From: a bacterium
GTDB lineage: Bacteria; Patescibacteriota; Patescibacteriia; Patescibacteriales; GWE2-39-37
Assembly: GCA_037146995.1 (NCBI GenBank)
Contig: JBAWWA010000004.1
Location: 4,077-68,076 of the forward strand
Direction of reading: 5' to 3'
Length of the DNA stretch: 64,000 nt
Position 1 is the first letter of the stretch. Each line of letters begins with the position of its first letter. Below the pieces are notes generated by a model. It was not told where the DNA came from. It ran no database searches and was given only the letters and a program-made list of their open reading frames with translations. Shown in pieces: positions 28,965 through 37,442 of this stretch. Both the position numbers and the translations under genes were made by a program.

Positions 28965-28988
28965 TTATGCGAAGTTTTTTTCGTATAA
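28965..28988. other. 9-6-9 inverted repeat with the geometry of a tyrosine-recombinase core site (dif/att-like candidate)
   Basis: TTATGCGAA (28965-73) - GTTTTT - TTCGTATAA (28980-88). The same 9-mer forms the helix at 28780-88/28816-24. Lies 80 nt upstream of the recombinase ATG. Confidence 0.4.
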
Positions 28989-29005
28989 CATGCCAAATTG
29001 GCATG
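28989..29005. promoter_or_regulatory. Perfect 17-nt palindrome CATGCCAAATTGGCATG upstream of the recombinase gene (operator or binding-site candidate)
   Basis: Read directly: 8-nt arms around a central A, immediately abutting the 9-6-9 repeat. Confidence 0.4.
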
Positions 29006-29068
29006 AAATAGGAAGTTTTGTTAAAATTATTGTAATCATTAACTTTTTAAATTATACCCTTAAATTGT

Positions 29069-29887
29069 ATGAAAAGGGAAGAGTTGCTTCGGCGGATTGA
29101 AAATGAGTTTCGTTTGCGAAATTATAGTCGGCGAACTATTAAGAGCTATTTGGCCTGTTTGGGTGAGTATTTTAAATATATAAAAGAAGTAAATGATCGG
29201 CCGGATGTTGGTAAAATCAAGGATTATCTGCTGACAAAGTTTGACGCTGGTCAGTCATCGAATACGATTAATGTGCACTTGCATGCGATTAAGCATTTTT
29301 ATGAGCAGTTGATGCATTCGTTAGTGAAGATTGAAATTAAATTTGCCAAAACCGCCTCAAAATTGCCAGTTGTGCTTTCGCGGGAAGAGGTACATCGAAT
29401 AATCGACCTGACGCACAATATAAAACATCGTTTAATGCTCGCTTTGGCCTATGCAGCCGGTATGCGCGTTAGCGAGGTAATGAATCTGCGAGTCAAAGAT
29501 ATAAATGAGAGTGAATTAATTATTCATATCAAGGGTGCAAAAGGGAATAAAGATCGGATTACTGTTTTTCCTGAGAAGCTTTTGGGGGATATTCAGATAG
29601 TTTTGAATGGTAGAAATATTAATGATTTTGTCTTCGCAAAGGTGAATGGTGAAAGATTAACTGAGAGGACAGCACAAATGGTGTTTGGGCAGGCGCTAAT
29701 GCGAGCAAATATTCAAAAAGACGCTTCTTTTCATTCACTTCGACACTCCTTTGCGACGCATTTACTGGAAAATGGCGTCGATCTGCGCTATATACAGGAG
29801 CTACTTGGTCATGCTAATATCAAGACTACACAAATTTATACGCATGTTACTAATCCAGGGTTAAAAAATATCAAGAGTCCGTTTTAA
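29069..29887 (+). CDS. Tyrosine site-specific recombinase, IntI/XerD-like (SAM-like N-domain plus catalytic domain), lacking the integron-integrase-specific insertion
   Basis: LAYAAGMRVSEVMNLRVKDI..IHIKGAKGNKDRITVFP, catalytic HSLRHSFATHLLENG, LLGHANIKTTQIYTH (R..HxxR..Y). The stop overlaps the dus start (TAATG). Confidence 0.9.
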   Translation: MKREELLRRIENEFRLRNYSRRTIKSYLACLGEYFKYIKEVNDRPDVGKIKDYLLTKFDAGQSSNTINVHLHAIKHFYEQLMHSLVKIEIKFAKTASKLPVVLSREEVHRIIDLTHNIKHRLMLALAYAAGMRVSEVMNLRVKDINESELIIHIKGAKGNKDRITVFPEKLLGDIQIVLNGRNINDFVFAKVNGERLTERTAQMVFGQALMRANIQKDASFHSLRHSFATHLLENGVDLRYIQELLGHANIKTTQIYTHVTNPGLKNIKSPF

Positions 29888-30858
29888 TGTTTATGTCTAA
29901 TTTTTGGCAACAATTGAAGAATGCTGGTCAGCCAATCTTGGCGCTGGCGCCCATGGCAGGCGTTTCTGACAGGCCTTTCCGCCAAATTTGTAAAGAGTTT
30001 GGGGCTGATGTTTTGTATTCTGAGATGGCAAGCGCAACGGCCCTGAATTACAAGCCTGAGAAGACTTTAGAGCTAGTCAAATTTGATCGCGAGATTGAGT
30101 CGCCTTATGTGGTTCAACTTTTTGGCTCTAATCCGGAGTATTTTGCTAAAGCCGCTCGGATGATTACTGAAGTCATTCGACCAGGCGGGATCGATATAAA
30201 TTTTGGCTGTCCTGTGCCCAAGGTGCAAAAGCAAGGGGCGGGGGCGGTTTTGATGGGCAATCCAAAATTGGCACGTGAAGTGGTTGAAGCGACAATGAGC
30301 GGTACTAGTCTCCCAGTCTCGATCAAAATTCGGGCTCGCATGGAAAAAGGCGAGGGTGATGCCAAGCGTCGCGTTGATGCCTTGGAGTTTTTGGAAACTA
30401 TGAACGGTTTACCGATTGCTGCCGTGATGATCCATGGCCGTTCGATGGCGCAGGGCCATGTCGGCAGTGTTGATTTTCAGATCATCAAGGACGCTCGACA
30501 GTATGTAGCTGGAGTTTTACTAGCCAATGGCGGAGTTATTGGTGTGGCGAGTGCCAAGCAAATGCTCGTCGAGACAGGTGCTGATGGTCTTGGAGTGGCA
30601 CGCGGGGCTATGGGCAAGCCATGGATATTTGAGCAAATAAAATTGCAAGCAGAAAAGACGTGGGCAAGCGACAGAATATTTGAGGCGGCGCTCAAGCATG
30701 CTGAATTGGCTGATCGACTACTTGGCCAACAAGGCATTATAGAGCTGCGCAAGCATTTGTGTTGGTATATGACTGGTTTTGCTGGTGCGGCAGAGTTGCG
30801 CAGTCGCCTAGTACATGTTCAGACGCTTGAGGAGATTAGATCGATATTAAAAAGTTAA
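29887..30858 (+). CDS. dus: tRNA-dihydrouridine synthase
   Basis: LAPMAGVSDRPFR, VQLFGSNPE, DINFGCPVPKV, IHGRS. An alternative ATG lies at 29893. Confidence 0.9.
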   Translation: MFMSNFWQQLKNAGQPILALAPMAGVSDRPFRQICKEFGADVLYSEMASATALNYKPEKTLELVKFDREIESPYVVQLFGSNPEYFAKAARMITEVIRPGGIDINFGCPVPKVQKQGAGAVLMGNPKLAREVVEATMSGTSLPVSIKIRARMEKGEGDAKRRVDALEFLETMNGLPIAAVMIHGRSMAQGHVGSVDFQIIKDARQYVAGVLLANGGVIGVASAKQMLVETGADGLGVARGAMGKPWIFEQIKLQAEKTWASDRIFEAALKHAELADRLLGQQGIIELRKHLCWYMTGFAGAAELRSRLVHVQTLEEIRSILKS

Positions 30859-30909
30859 AATAAAAAAAATCGCTTGAAGCGATTTTTTTATTTGCCGTGC
30901 TTGATAAAA

Positions 30910-31878
30910 TTAGAGCCATTTTTTACGTTTGAAAATCATGATAATCGAAAAGGCGACAACGCCCATAATACCGACTATGACCCAGAAGGCATAGGGCCGA
31001 TTAACGATGGGCATGTTTTCCGTCCGCATCGCGAACAGGGCGGCGATGAAGGTCAGGTAAAAACTGATGATCGAAAAGACGGTCAAAGTCTTCATAATCT
31101 CTGACAAACGGTAGTTGAGGAGTGATTCGTTCGTGCTATTGAGAATCTCAATCGTTTCTTTTTGATTTTCGAGTATTTCCCAGATGGTGATCGAGTAGTC
31201 GATTAATTTTTTGTAGCATTCTTGGAGTTGTTTGGGCGAGACCAGCGTCGACTTCATCTCCATTAACTTGGTGATGATTTTTTTATGTGAATGCATGGTC
31301 GTGCTGAAATTGATGACGTTGTGCCTGAGAGCCAGGATTTCCGAGACTGCTTTTTTGGAGTCTTGTTGAAAAATTCTTTCTTGGACGCGTCTAATCTCTA
31401 GACTGATTTGGTCAAGCAAAGGGAAACAGCCATTGAGTAATTTGTCCATTAGTTCATAGAGCAAGATACTAGAAGACTCTAGCTTATAAGAAAGCAAACC
31501 TTCACCGTCTTTTTTGCATAAGCTAAAAAAATCAGTTAGGGCGGGTAAGTTGCCATTGTGAATTGTGACTAAAAAGCCATGACCAATGAAAAAATCAACC
31601 TCGGTTACGATCACCGTATGGTCGATGATGATGGGAAAATGGAGGACAGCAAAAATATAACCATCATAATGGTGAATGGCGGGACGTTGGGTAAAAACAT
31701 TAGCCGAGCACTGTTGCAGGTGGGTCAGCTGGAAACCGAATTTTTTGCGTAAATACTCAATTTCTTTTTTGCCAGCATTAACAACATTAACCCAAGCCAC
31801 TTTTTTGTTGATGGTTCTCGGGTTATCAATGGCGATTTCTTGGATGTTGCGCGTAAGCAGTATTTCCTCCTTGGGCAT
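30910..31878 (-). CDS. CorA-family divalent-cation transporter homologue with AMR in place of the GMN signature
   Basis: C-terminus YLTFIAALFAMRTENMPIV..KRKKWL aligns by eye with CorA PLTFIAGIYGMNFEYMPEL..KKKKWL. Start taken at ATG 31878 (MPKEEILL), 6 nt after a TATAAT box. Confidence 0.8.
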   Translation of the reverse strand: MPKEEILLTRNIQEIAIDNPRTINKKVAWVNVVNAGKKEIEYLRKKFGFQLTHLQQCSANVFTQRPAIHHYDGYIFAVLHFPIIIDHTVIVTEVDFFIGHGFLVTIHNGNLPALTDFFSLCKKDGEGLLSYKLESSSILLYELMDKLLNGCFPLLDQISLEIRRVQERIFQQDSKKAVSEILALRHNVINFSTTMHSHKKIITKLMEMKSTLVSPKQLQECYKKLIDYSITIWEILENQKETIEILNSTNESLLNYRLSEIMKTLTVFSIISFYLTFIAALFAMRTENMPIVNRPYAFWVIVGIMGVVAFSIIMIFKRKKWL

Positions 31879-31960
31879 AAAAATATTATAGCACAATTTG
31901 ACAAAAACGGTAAAATTTTTTAGGGTAACCATGTTCTTTAAATTAAAATGGAGGTGACGC

Positions 31961-32722
31961 TTGAAAAAACTCAATAAGATAATTGTTTTAAAAATTGGCT
32001 CGAAGGCAGTGACCAAAGATGGTTATATCAATAAGCCGTTGCTTTTGAATGTCTCTCGCGATATTAAATTAGTTAAAGCTAGGGGGTACGAGGTAGTGGT
32101 TGTCTCATCAGGTGCAGTGACTTGCGGCAGGACCCTATATCAGTCAGTGTCTAAAAAGGTTTTGAGTGATCAATGTCTTGCAATGATCGGTCAGCCGCTA
32201 CTGATGCAACATTGGACCTGGGCCCTTGAACATCATGGCCAAATTGTCGGTCAAGCGCTATTTACGAATTCGGCCTTGAAAAGCGAGTTGCGCAGACGCT
32301 CGGTTTTGATGGGGATTAATGATTGTTTACTAGCTGGCATAGTGCCAATTGTTAATGAAAATGATGCAGTAATTACGGATGAACTCAAGGAGATTGGCAC
32401 CGAAGGGGATAATGATCAGGTTTCGGCAAATTTAGCCATTGGGCTTGAGGCGGAAATGCTGGTTTTCTTAACTACCGTGCCCTATGTTGAAGACCCAGTT
32501 ACTGGCACGGCGATAAAAATTATTGAGGCAAGTAACGATACTCTGGAAAAAACTTTAAGCAGAAGACAAGGTGATAGCAGCGGTGGCATGGCCTCAAAAA
32601 TCAAGTATGGCCGGAAATTTGCCATGACGGGAGGCGAAGCGATAATCAAGCATTTTAGTTGCAATTTGCCAATGAGTCGCATTATGAGTGGTCTCTATGA
32701 AGGCACAGTTATTAAACGATAA
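31961..32722 (+). CDS. proB: Glutamate 5-kinase (amino-acid-kinase fold, no PUA domain)
   Basis: IVLKIGSKAVT, VVVSSGAV..GR, PIVNENDAV, GDNDQVSANLA, GGMASKI. TTG start with GGAGGTGA upstream. Confidence 0.8.
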   Translation: MKKLNKIIVLKIGSKAVTKDGYINKPLLLNVSRDIKLVKARGYEVVVVSSGAVTCGRTLYQSVSKKVLSDQCLAMIGQPLLMQHWTWALEHHGQIVGQALFTNSALKSELRRRSVLMGINDCLLAGIVPIVNENDAVITDELKEIGTEGDNDQVSANLAIGLEAEMLVFLTTVPYVEDPVTGTAIKIIEASNDTLEKTLSRRQGDSSGGMASKIKYGRKFAMTGGEAIIKHFSCNLPMSRIMSGLYEGTVIKR

Positions 32723-32802
32723 ATATTTAACACTGACGAAAAGTCAGTGTTTTTTTATATTTAGTAAATTGTGGTATAATATAACTTAACTGTGTATAAA
32801 CT

Positions 32803-33303
32803 ATGGCGACAGAAAAAGTTGTTAATAATTCTGAAAATCAATCGATTGACGGACGAATCATGAAAGTTGACGAGAGTCAGTCTTTTGAGCGTAGACCAGA
32901 CTTGCCAAGTCAAGCAATAGAACGCAGTGATAATAGTCAGGATGAAGGTGTTTCCAATAAGGAAGTCAAAAGCTCAGGTAGTCGTCTACCGTTACCAGTA
33001 CCGCCAAGTCTTGCCAGCTCTGAACAAGAAAAGAAAATTGAAAATATTTTAGCTCGCGACGTGGTTGAGTTGTACAAGGGTTTGAAAGATGCGGACAAGC
33101 TAAAATTCAAAAAAGAGGGCGAAACGACCGCTAAAAAAATCAGTAGTTTACTAGACGAGGGTAAGGTGCAAGTTTCTAAGATTTTTAATTTAATTAAAAA
33201 TTGGCTTAGTATGCTGTCTGGAGTAAATAAATACTTCATCGAGCAGGAGGCCAAAATCAAAGTTGATGAAATTATTCAGCTCAAGAAGGGGGGTGAACAA
33301 TGA
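32803..33303 (+). CDS. Hypothetical protein (166 aa), low-complexity N-terminus; translationally coupled to the pilin-like gene
   Basis: ORF only; ATGA overlap with the next gene at 33300-33303. Confidence 0.55.
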   Translation: MATEKVVNNSENQSIDGRIMKVDESQSFERRPDLPSQAIERSDNSQDEGVSNKEVKSSGSRLPLPVPPSLASSEQEKKIENILARDVVELYKGLKDADKLKFKKEGETTAKKISSLLDEGKVQVSKIFNLIKNWLSMLSGVNKYFIEQEAKIKVDEIIQLKKGGEQ

Positions 33304-33713
33304 AAAAAATAGTTAAACATTTGTTAGGTTTGATGGCTATAGTTGTTTTGTTCGCACCTGTATTGTCTGTACACGCGATTAGCAAGGATACGATGTTTGG
33401 TGGCAGTTCGATCAAAAGCAATACGGTTGGCGCAATCGGTTTGGCTGAATATGATGAAAATAAAAATGACCCGCGTATCATTATTGCTAATGTGATCAAG
33501 TTTATGCTTGGCTTCCTTGGTATTATCGCTGTTATTATTATTTTATTTGCTGGCTTTAAGTGGATGACCGCTGGTGGCGATAGCAAGAAAATTGACGAGG
33601 CAAAGGATTTAATGAAAAACGGCGTCATGGGCTTGATTATTATCTTGTCATCATGGGCAATCGCCAACTTCGTTATTGATCAATTGTTGAATGTTACTGG
33701 TAATGGGGCATAG
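33300..33713 (+). CDS. TrbC/VirB2-type (T4SS pilin-like) small membrane protein
   Basis: Signal peptide (LGLMAIVVLFAPVLSVHA) plus two hydrophobic helices separated by a charged loop (FKWMTAGGDSKKIDEAKDLMKNG), which is the VirB2/TrbC architecture. Confidence 0.65.
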   Translation: MKKIVKHLLGLMAIVVLFAPVLSVHAISKDTMFGGSSIKSNTVGAIGLAEYDENKNDPRIIIANVIKFMLGFLGIIAVIIILFAGFKWMTAGGDSKKIDEAKDLMKNGVMGLIIILSSWAIANFVIDQLLNVTGNGA

Positions 33714-33750
33714 TATACTTAGTTAAAAGTTTCGATTAAAAACGTTTTTA

Positions 33751-36285
33751 ATGGATTATCAATTGGAGGGAAATCCATCTTCAATAGTAGGGCTAACCAA
33801 CAAATCCACTGCAGATATCTTGCTTACGGATTTGTTTTGGTTTGCCCTATTTTTTGTAGTCCTTATTTTGCTGATTGTTGTAATAAAAAAAATCGCCAGA
33901 AACTGGCTAATTAAGCATCGTTATTTTGACAACGTCATTTATTTAGTACGACTCTCAAAAGAAAAACCACAGGATCAAGACAAAGAAACAACTGTTCAAC
34001 AAATGCGTGAAGAAATTGCTCACGGCGAAGTTATTTTTGCGGCGATCGGTGGTCTGCGGGCCGAGCGGGGCTTTAAAGCATGGTTGAAAGCCAGGTTTGA
34101 TCATTTTTCATTTGAAATAGTAGCCAATAAAAAGCAAATCGCTTTTTATATCGTCTCTTCGCGCAACATGTCTCGTTATATCGAGCAGCAAGTCCAATCG
34201 AACTACCCAGACGCTACCATGGAGATTGTAGCAGATTATAATATTTTTCAACCCAGTTCGGTTATTAAAGCTGGATATGTTAAAACGAGGCGTAATTTCA
34301 TCTTTGGGATCAAAACTTATAATAAAATGGAGACTGATCCGACGAGTTCGATAATCAATGTTATGTCGAAGTTGTCGGAAACAGAAAGTATCGCGGTGCA
34401 ATATGTCGTCCGTAGCGCCCATCCGCGCTGGCATCGTCGGATTACCAAAATCTTTCGCCTGGTTAGAAAGGGCAAGAACTTAAATGAGGCAATTAGGCGC
34501 AATACTGGGTCAGTGGTTTTTGAATTTTTTGCCGATTTTTTCCGTTTGGCTTTTGTGTCCAGTAAGGACAAGGAAAAAGAAAAGCAAACCCAGTTCAATC
34601 AAAAACCATCGGCCATGGATGAACAGATTCTTAAGAATTTCGAGGAGAAAAACGGCAAAGCTGGCCTGGATGTTAATGTTAGGATCGTGGCGAGTGCTGA
34701 CACGGAGGTGCAGGCGAAAATGCTACTTGATAATGTGGTCGGCGCTTTTAATCTGTGTAATTATTACGAGTATGGCAATAGTTTTAATACCACGCCAAAC
34801 ATGCGTAACAATCTGGTGACCGATTTTATAAATCGGCGTTTTGATGAAAAAATTAGTTTTTTATTGAATACTGAGGAATTAACGACTATTTGGCATTTGC
34901 CCTTGAAATGGATTGAAACGCCCAATATTCTTTGGTTGACAGCCAAGTCGGCACCTGCGCCATCGAACATACCAAGCGAGGGAATTTCACTAGGTTATAA
35001 TGAATTCAGGGGAGTTAAGAAAGAGATATGTTTTAAGCGTGAGGATCGGCGTCGTCATACATATGTAATCGGTAAATCTGGTGTTGGTAAATCGATTCTA
35101 TTGGCCAATATGGCTATTCAAGACGTTTTGAATGGTGATGGTATTTGTGTGATTGACCCGCATGGTGATTTGGTACAAGATATTCTTGAGCGCATCCCAG
35201 CTGAACGGGCAGAGGATGTAATTGTATTTTCACCTGGTGATATTGAGCGGCCGATTGCTTTGAATTTGCTCGAATTTGATCCGAAGTATCCTGAACAAAA
35301 GACCTTTATGATCAATGAAATGATCAAGATTTTTGACAAGCTCTATGATTTGAAGGCAACTGGCGGACCGATTTTTGAGCAATACATCCGTAATGCTATG
35401 TTGCTCATTATGGCTGATCCGGAATCAGGTTCGACCTTGATGGAAATTCCCAAGGTATTGTCTGATCCTGAGTTTAGGAATATGAAATTAAATCGCTGCA
35501 AAGACCAGACGGTAGTTGATTTTTGGCGTAAAGAGGCGGAAAAGGCTGGTGGTGATGCAGCTCTGGCTAATGTTGTGCCCTATATCACCTCAAAATTAAC
35601 GACTTTTATTTCAAATGATATGATGCGGCCGATTATTGGTCAGCAAGTCAGTTCATTTAATTTTCGCGAGGTCATGGATCAGCGCAAGATTTTATTGGTT
35701 AATTTGCCCAAGGGGCAAATCGGAGAAATAAACGCCTATTTATTAGGTATGATACTCGTAGGCAAGATTTTAGTTGCGGCCTTGTCACGCACCGATTTGC
35801 GCAAAGAGGATCGTAAGGATTTTTATCTGTATATTGATGAGTTTCAAAATTTTACCACTGATTCAATTTCCGCAATTTTATCTGAGGCCAGAAAATACGG
35901 CTTGAGTTTGATTATAGCGCATCAGTATATTGGACAATTAGTTAAAAATAATGACCAAGCGATAAAAAACGCCGTATTTGGTAACGTTGGTACGATTGTT
36001 TCATTCAAGATTGGTTCAGAAGATGCCAAGGAAATTGAAAAAGAAGTTGCGCCAGTCTTTAATGAATTTGATTTGCTGAACGTGGATGCGTATAATGCTT
36101 ATGTGAAATTGCTGGTTGATAATGCGGCTAGTCGACCATTCTCGATGCATACCAATTGGCCAATGCCTGGAGTACAAAATATCGAGCTTGCCAGGCGTAT
36201 CACTTCATTGTCACGCCTTAAGTATGGCCAGGACCGTAATATTATTGAAGCAGAGATTTTTAGACGAACTCAATCAGAGTTTTAA
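33751..36285 (+). CDS. Membrane-anchored VirD4/TraG/TraD-like (FtsK/HerA superfamily) P-loop ATPase
   Basis: N-terminal TM, about 400 aa of unknown domain, then Walker A IGKSGVGKS, Walker B FYLYIDEFQNF, and SLIIAHQYIGQL. Confidence 0.75.
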   Translation: MDYQLEGNPSSIVGLTNKSTADILLTDLFWFALFFVVLILLIVVIKKIARNWLIKHRYFDNVIYLVRLSKEKPQDQDKETTVQQMREEIAHGEVIFAAIGGLRAERGFKAWLKARFDHFSFEIVANKKQIAFYIVSSRNMSRYIEQQVQSNYPDATMEIVADYNIFQPSSVIKAGYVKTRRNFIFGIKTYNKMETDPTSSIINVMSKLSETESIAVQYVVRSAHPRWHRRITKIFRLVRKGKNLNEAIRRNTGSVVFEFFADFFRLAFVSSKDKEKEKQTQFNQKPSAMDEQILKNFEEKNGKAGLDVNVRIVASADTEVQAKMLLDNVVGAFNLCNYYEYGNSFNTTPNMRNNLVTDFINRRFDEKISFLLNTEELTTIWHLPLKWIETPNILWLTAKSAPAPSNIPSEGISLGYNEFRGVKKEICFKREDRRRHTYVIGKSGVGKSILLANMAIQDVLNGDGICVIDPHGDLVQDILERIPAERAEDVIVFSPGDIERPIALNLLEFDPKYPEQKTFMINEMIKIFDKLYDLKATGGPIFEQYIRNAMLLIMADPESGSTLMEIPKVLSDPEFRNMKLNRCKDQTVVDFWRKEAEKAGGDAALANVVPYITSKLTTFISNDMMRPIIGQQVSSFNFREVMDQRKILLVNLPKGQIGEINAYLLGMILVGKILVAALSRTDLRKEDRKDFYLYIDEFQNFTTDSISAILSEARKYGLSLIIAHQYIGQLVKNNDQAIKNAVFGNVGTIVSFKIGSEDAKEIEKEVAPVFNEFDLLNVDAYNAYVKLLVDNAASRPFSMHTNWPMPGVQNIELARRITSLSRLKYGQDRNIIEAEIFRRTQSEF

Positions 36286-36294
36286 ATTATATAT

Positions 36295-36696
36295 ATGACA
36301 AAAGAAAAAATATTATTAGTTGATGATGATGAATGGTTATTGAATTTGTATGGTGAACGTTTGAAGCTTGAGGGTTTTGAGGTAGTGACGGCAACTAACG
36401 GTCATGATGGCTACGAATTGGTTATAACGGAGAAGCCAGACTTGATTTTGACTGATGTGGTCATGTCAAATGGTGACGGGTTTTATTTGCTTGATAAAAT
36501 TCGCAGTAATCATGATTTTGGACATATTATAGTAATTTGTCTAACCAATCTTGCTTCTAGTCATGATTTTGAGGAGTTAGAAAATGCTGGAGCTAATGGC
36601 ATTTTAGTTAAGGCTGATTATACGCCCACTCAGGCGGTTGACAAAATAAAACAAATGTTGGATAAAATAAAAAAAGACGCTTTACCGGAAAAATAG
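36295..36696 (+). CDS. Stand-alone response-regulator receiver domain (CheY-like)
   Basis: LLVDDDE, phospho-acceptor LILTDVVM, conserved T and K (ICLTN, LVKADY). No output domain. Confidence 0.85.
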   Translation: MTKEKILLVDDDEWLLNLYGERLKLEGFEVVTATNGHDGYELVITEKPDLILTDVVMSNGDGFYLLDKIRSNHDFGHIIVICLTNLASSHDFEELENAGANGILVKADYTPTQAVDKIKQMLDKIKKDALPEK

Positions 36697-36757
36697 CGCC
36701 TTGATTCTTTACAAAAAAATAAAAATAGACTAACATAAAACAAAATTCAAAAATTAC

Positions 36758-37387
36758 ATGGAAAATCAAAATGACATGCATGTTGACCTATCTAGTCTGG
36801 GGCAACATCAAGCAAAAACTGAAGATGCGGTAATGGTTAGTAAGAGCAAAGTTGTATTGGCAAAAAAACTAGTTACTAACTTACGAGAAAATTTAGAACA
36901 ACTGAATTTGTTGCTTGGTTCGATGAGTGGTGAGGTGGATGATAGTTTTACTAAATTATCAGTGTCGGTTGATGAATCACTGAAGAGTGTTTTTAATCAT
37001 GTCGATTTGTCTGAGAAAATAATTGAAGGTATGTTTGACGGTGAGGCCATGATTGGTCCCGATGGTAAACGTTACAATGTATCGGCTAACTATGCATCTA
37101 AATCAAAATTGGTTGAAGGTGATATTTTGAAATTATCTATCACGTCTAGTGGTACTTTTGTTTATAAGCAAATCGGTCCGATTGAAAGAGTCAGGGTTAT
37201 GGGTACGATCAAGAGAATTAATGAAAATGATTTCATAATTATCAAGGACAATCGGACCTGGAAGGTTTTGAATGCTAGTGTCACATACTTCAAGGGTGAT
37301 GATGGTGATGAGGCCGTTATACTTGTTCCAAAGAATGCCGAGAGTAAGTGGGCTGCAGTGGAAAATGTTATTAAGGTCGGTCAATAA
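36758..37387 (+). CDS. Hypothetical protein (209 aa) with a beta-rich C-terminal domain
   Basis: ORF followed by a terminator. No domain recognised with confidence. Confidence 0.55.
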   Translation: MENQNDMHVDLSSLGQHQAKTEDAVMVSKSKVVLAKKLVTNLRENLEQLNLLLGSMSGEVDDSFTKLSVSVDESLKSVFNHVDLSEKIIEGMFDGEAMIGPDGKRYNVSANYASKSKLVEGDILKLSITSSGTFVYKQIGPIERVRVMGTIKRINENDFIIIKDNRTWKVLNASVTYFKGDDGDEAVILVPKNAESKWAAVENVIKVGQ

Positions 37388-37413
37388 TTTTTTAAATTTG
37401 TTATATTCGGTCT

Positions 37414-37442
37414 AAAAATCTCTGTTTTGCAGAGGTTTTTTT
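37414..37442 (+). terminator. Intrinsic terminator
   Basis: Stem around CTCTG 37420-37424 / CAGAG 37430-37434, extended by A-U pairs; T-run to 37442. Confidence 0.7.

Noticed and set aside
28727-29004. Two overlapping minus-strand ORFs (89 aa and 74 aa) that cover the GC-rich element
   Set aside because: They exist only because GC-rich sequence lacks stop codons. Their products are Ala/Pro/Ser/Gly/Arg low-complexity. They have no Shine-Dalgarno sequence. They overlap each other in different frames and coincide exactly with the nested helices, so the region is better explained as structured non-coding sequence.
28997-29020. TTGGCA within the 17-nt palindrome as a sigma-54 -24 element
   Set aside because: No TTGC -12 element lies at the required spacing downstream (the sequence reads TGGCATGAAATAGGAAG). 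I do not consider it a sigma-54 promoter.
27226-29887. Classical integron (intI + attI + attC-bounded cassettes)
   Set aside because: The recombinase lacks the IntI-specific additional segment. The hairpins have GTTCGGC on the 5' arm and GCCGAAC on the 3' arm, the opposite polarity to attC (RYYYAAC...GTTRRRY). No hairpin site separates the second and third ORFs. I keep it only as an integron-like layout.
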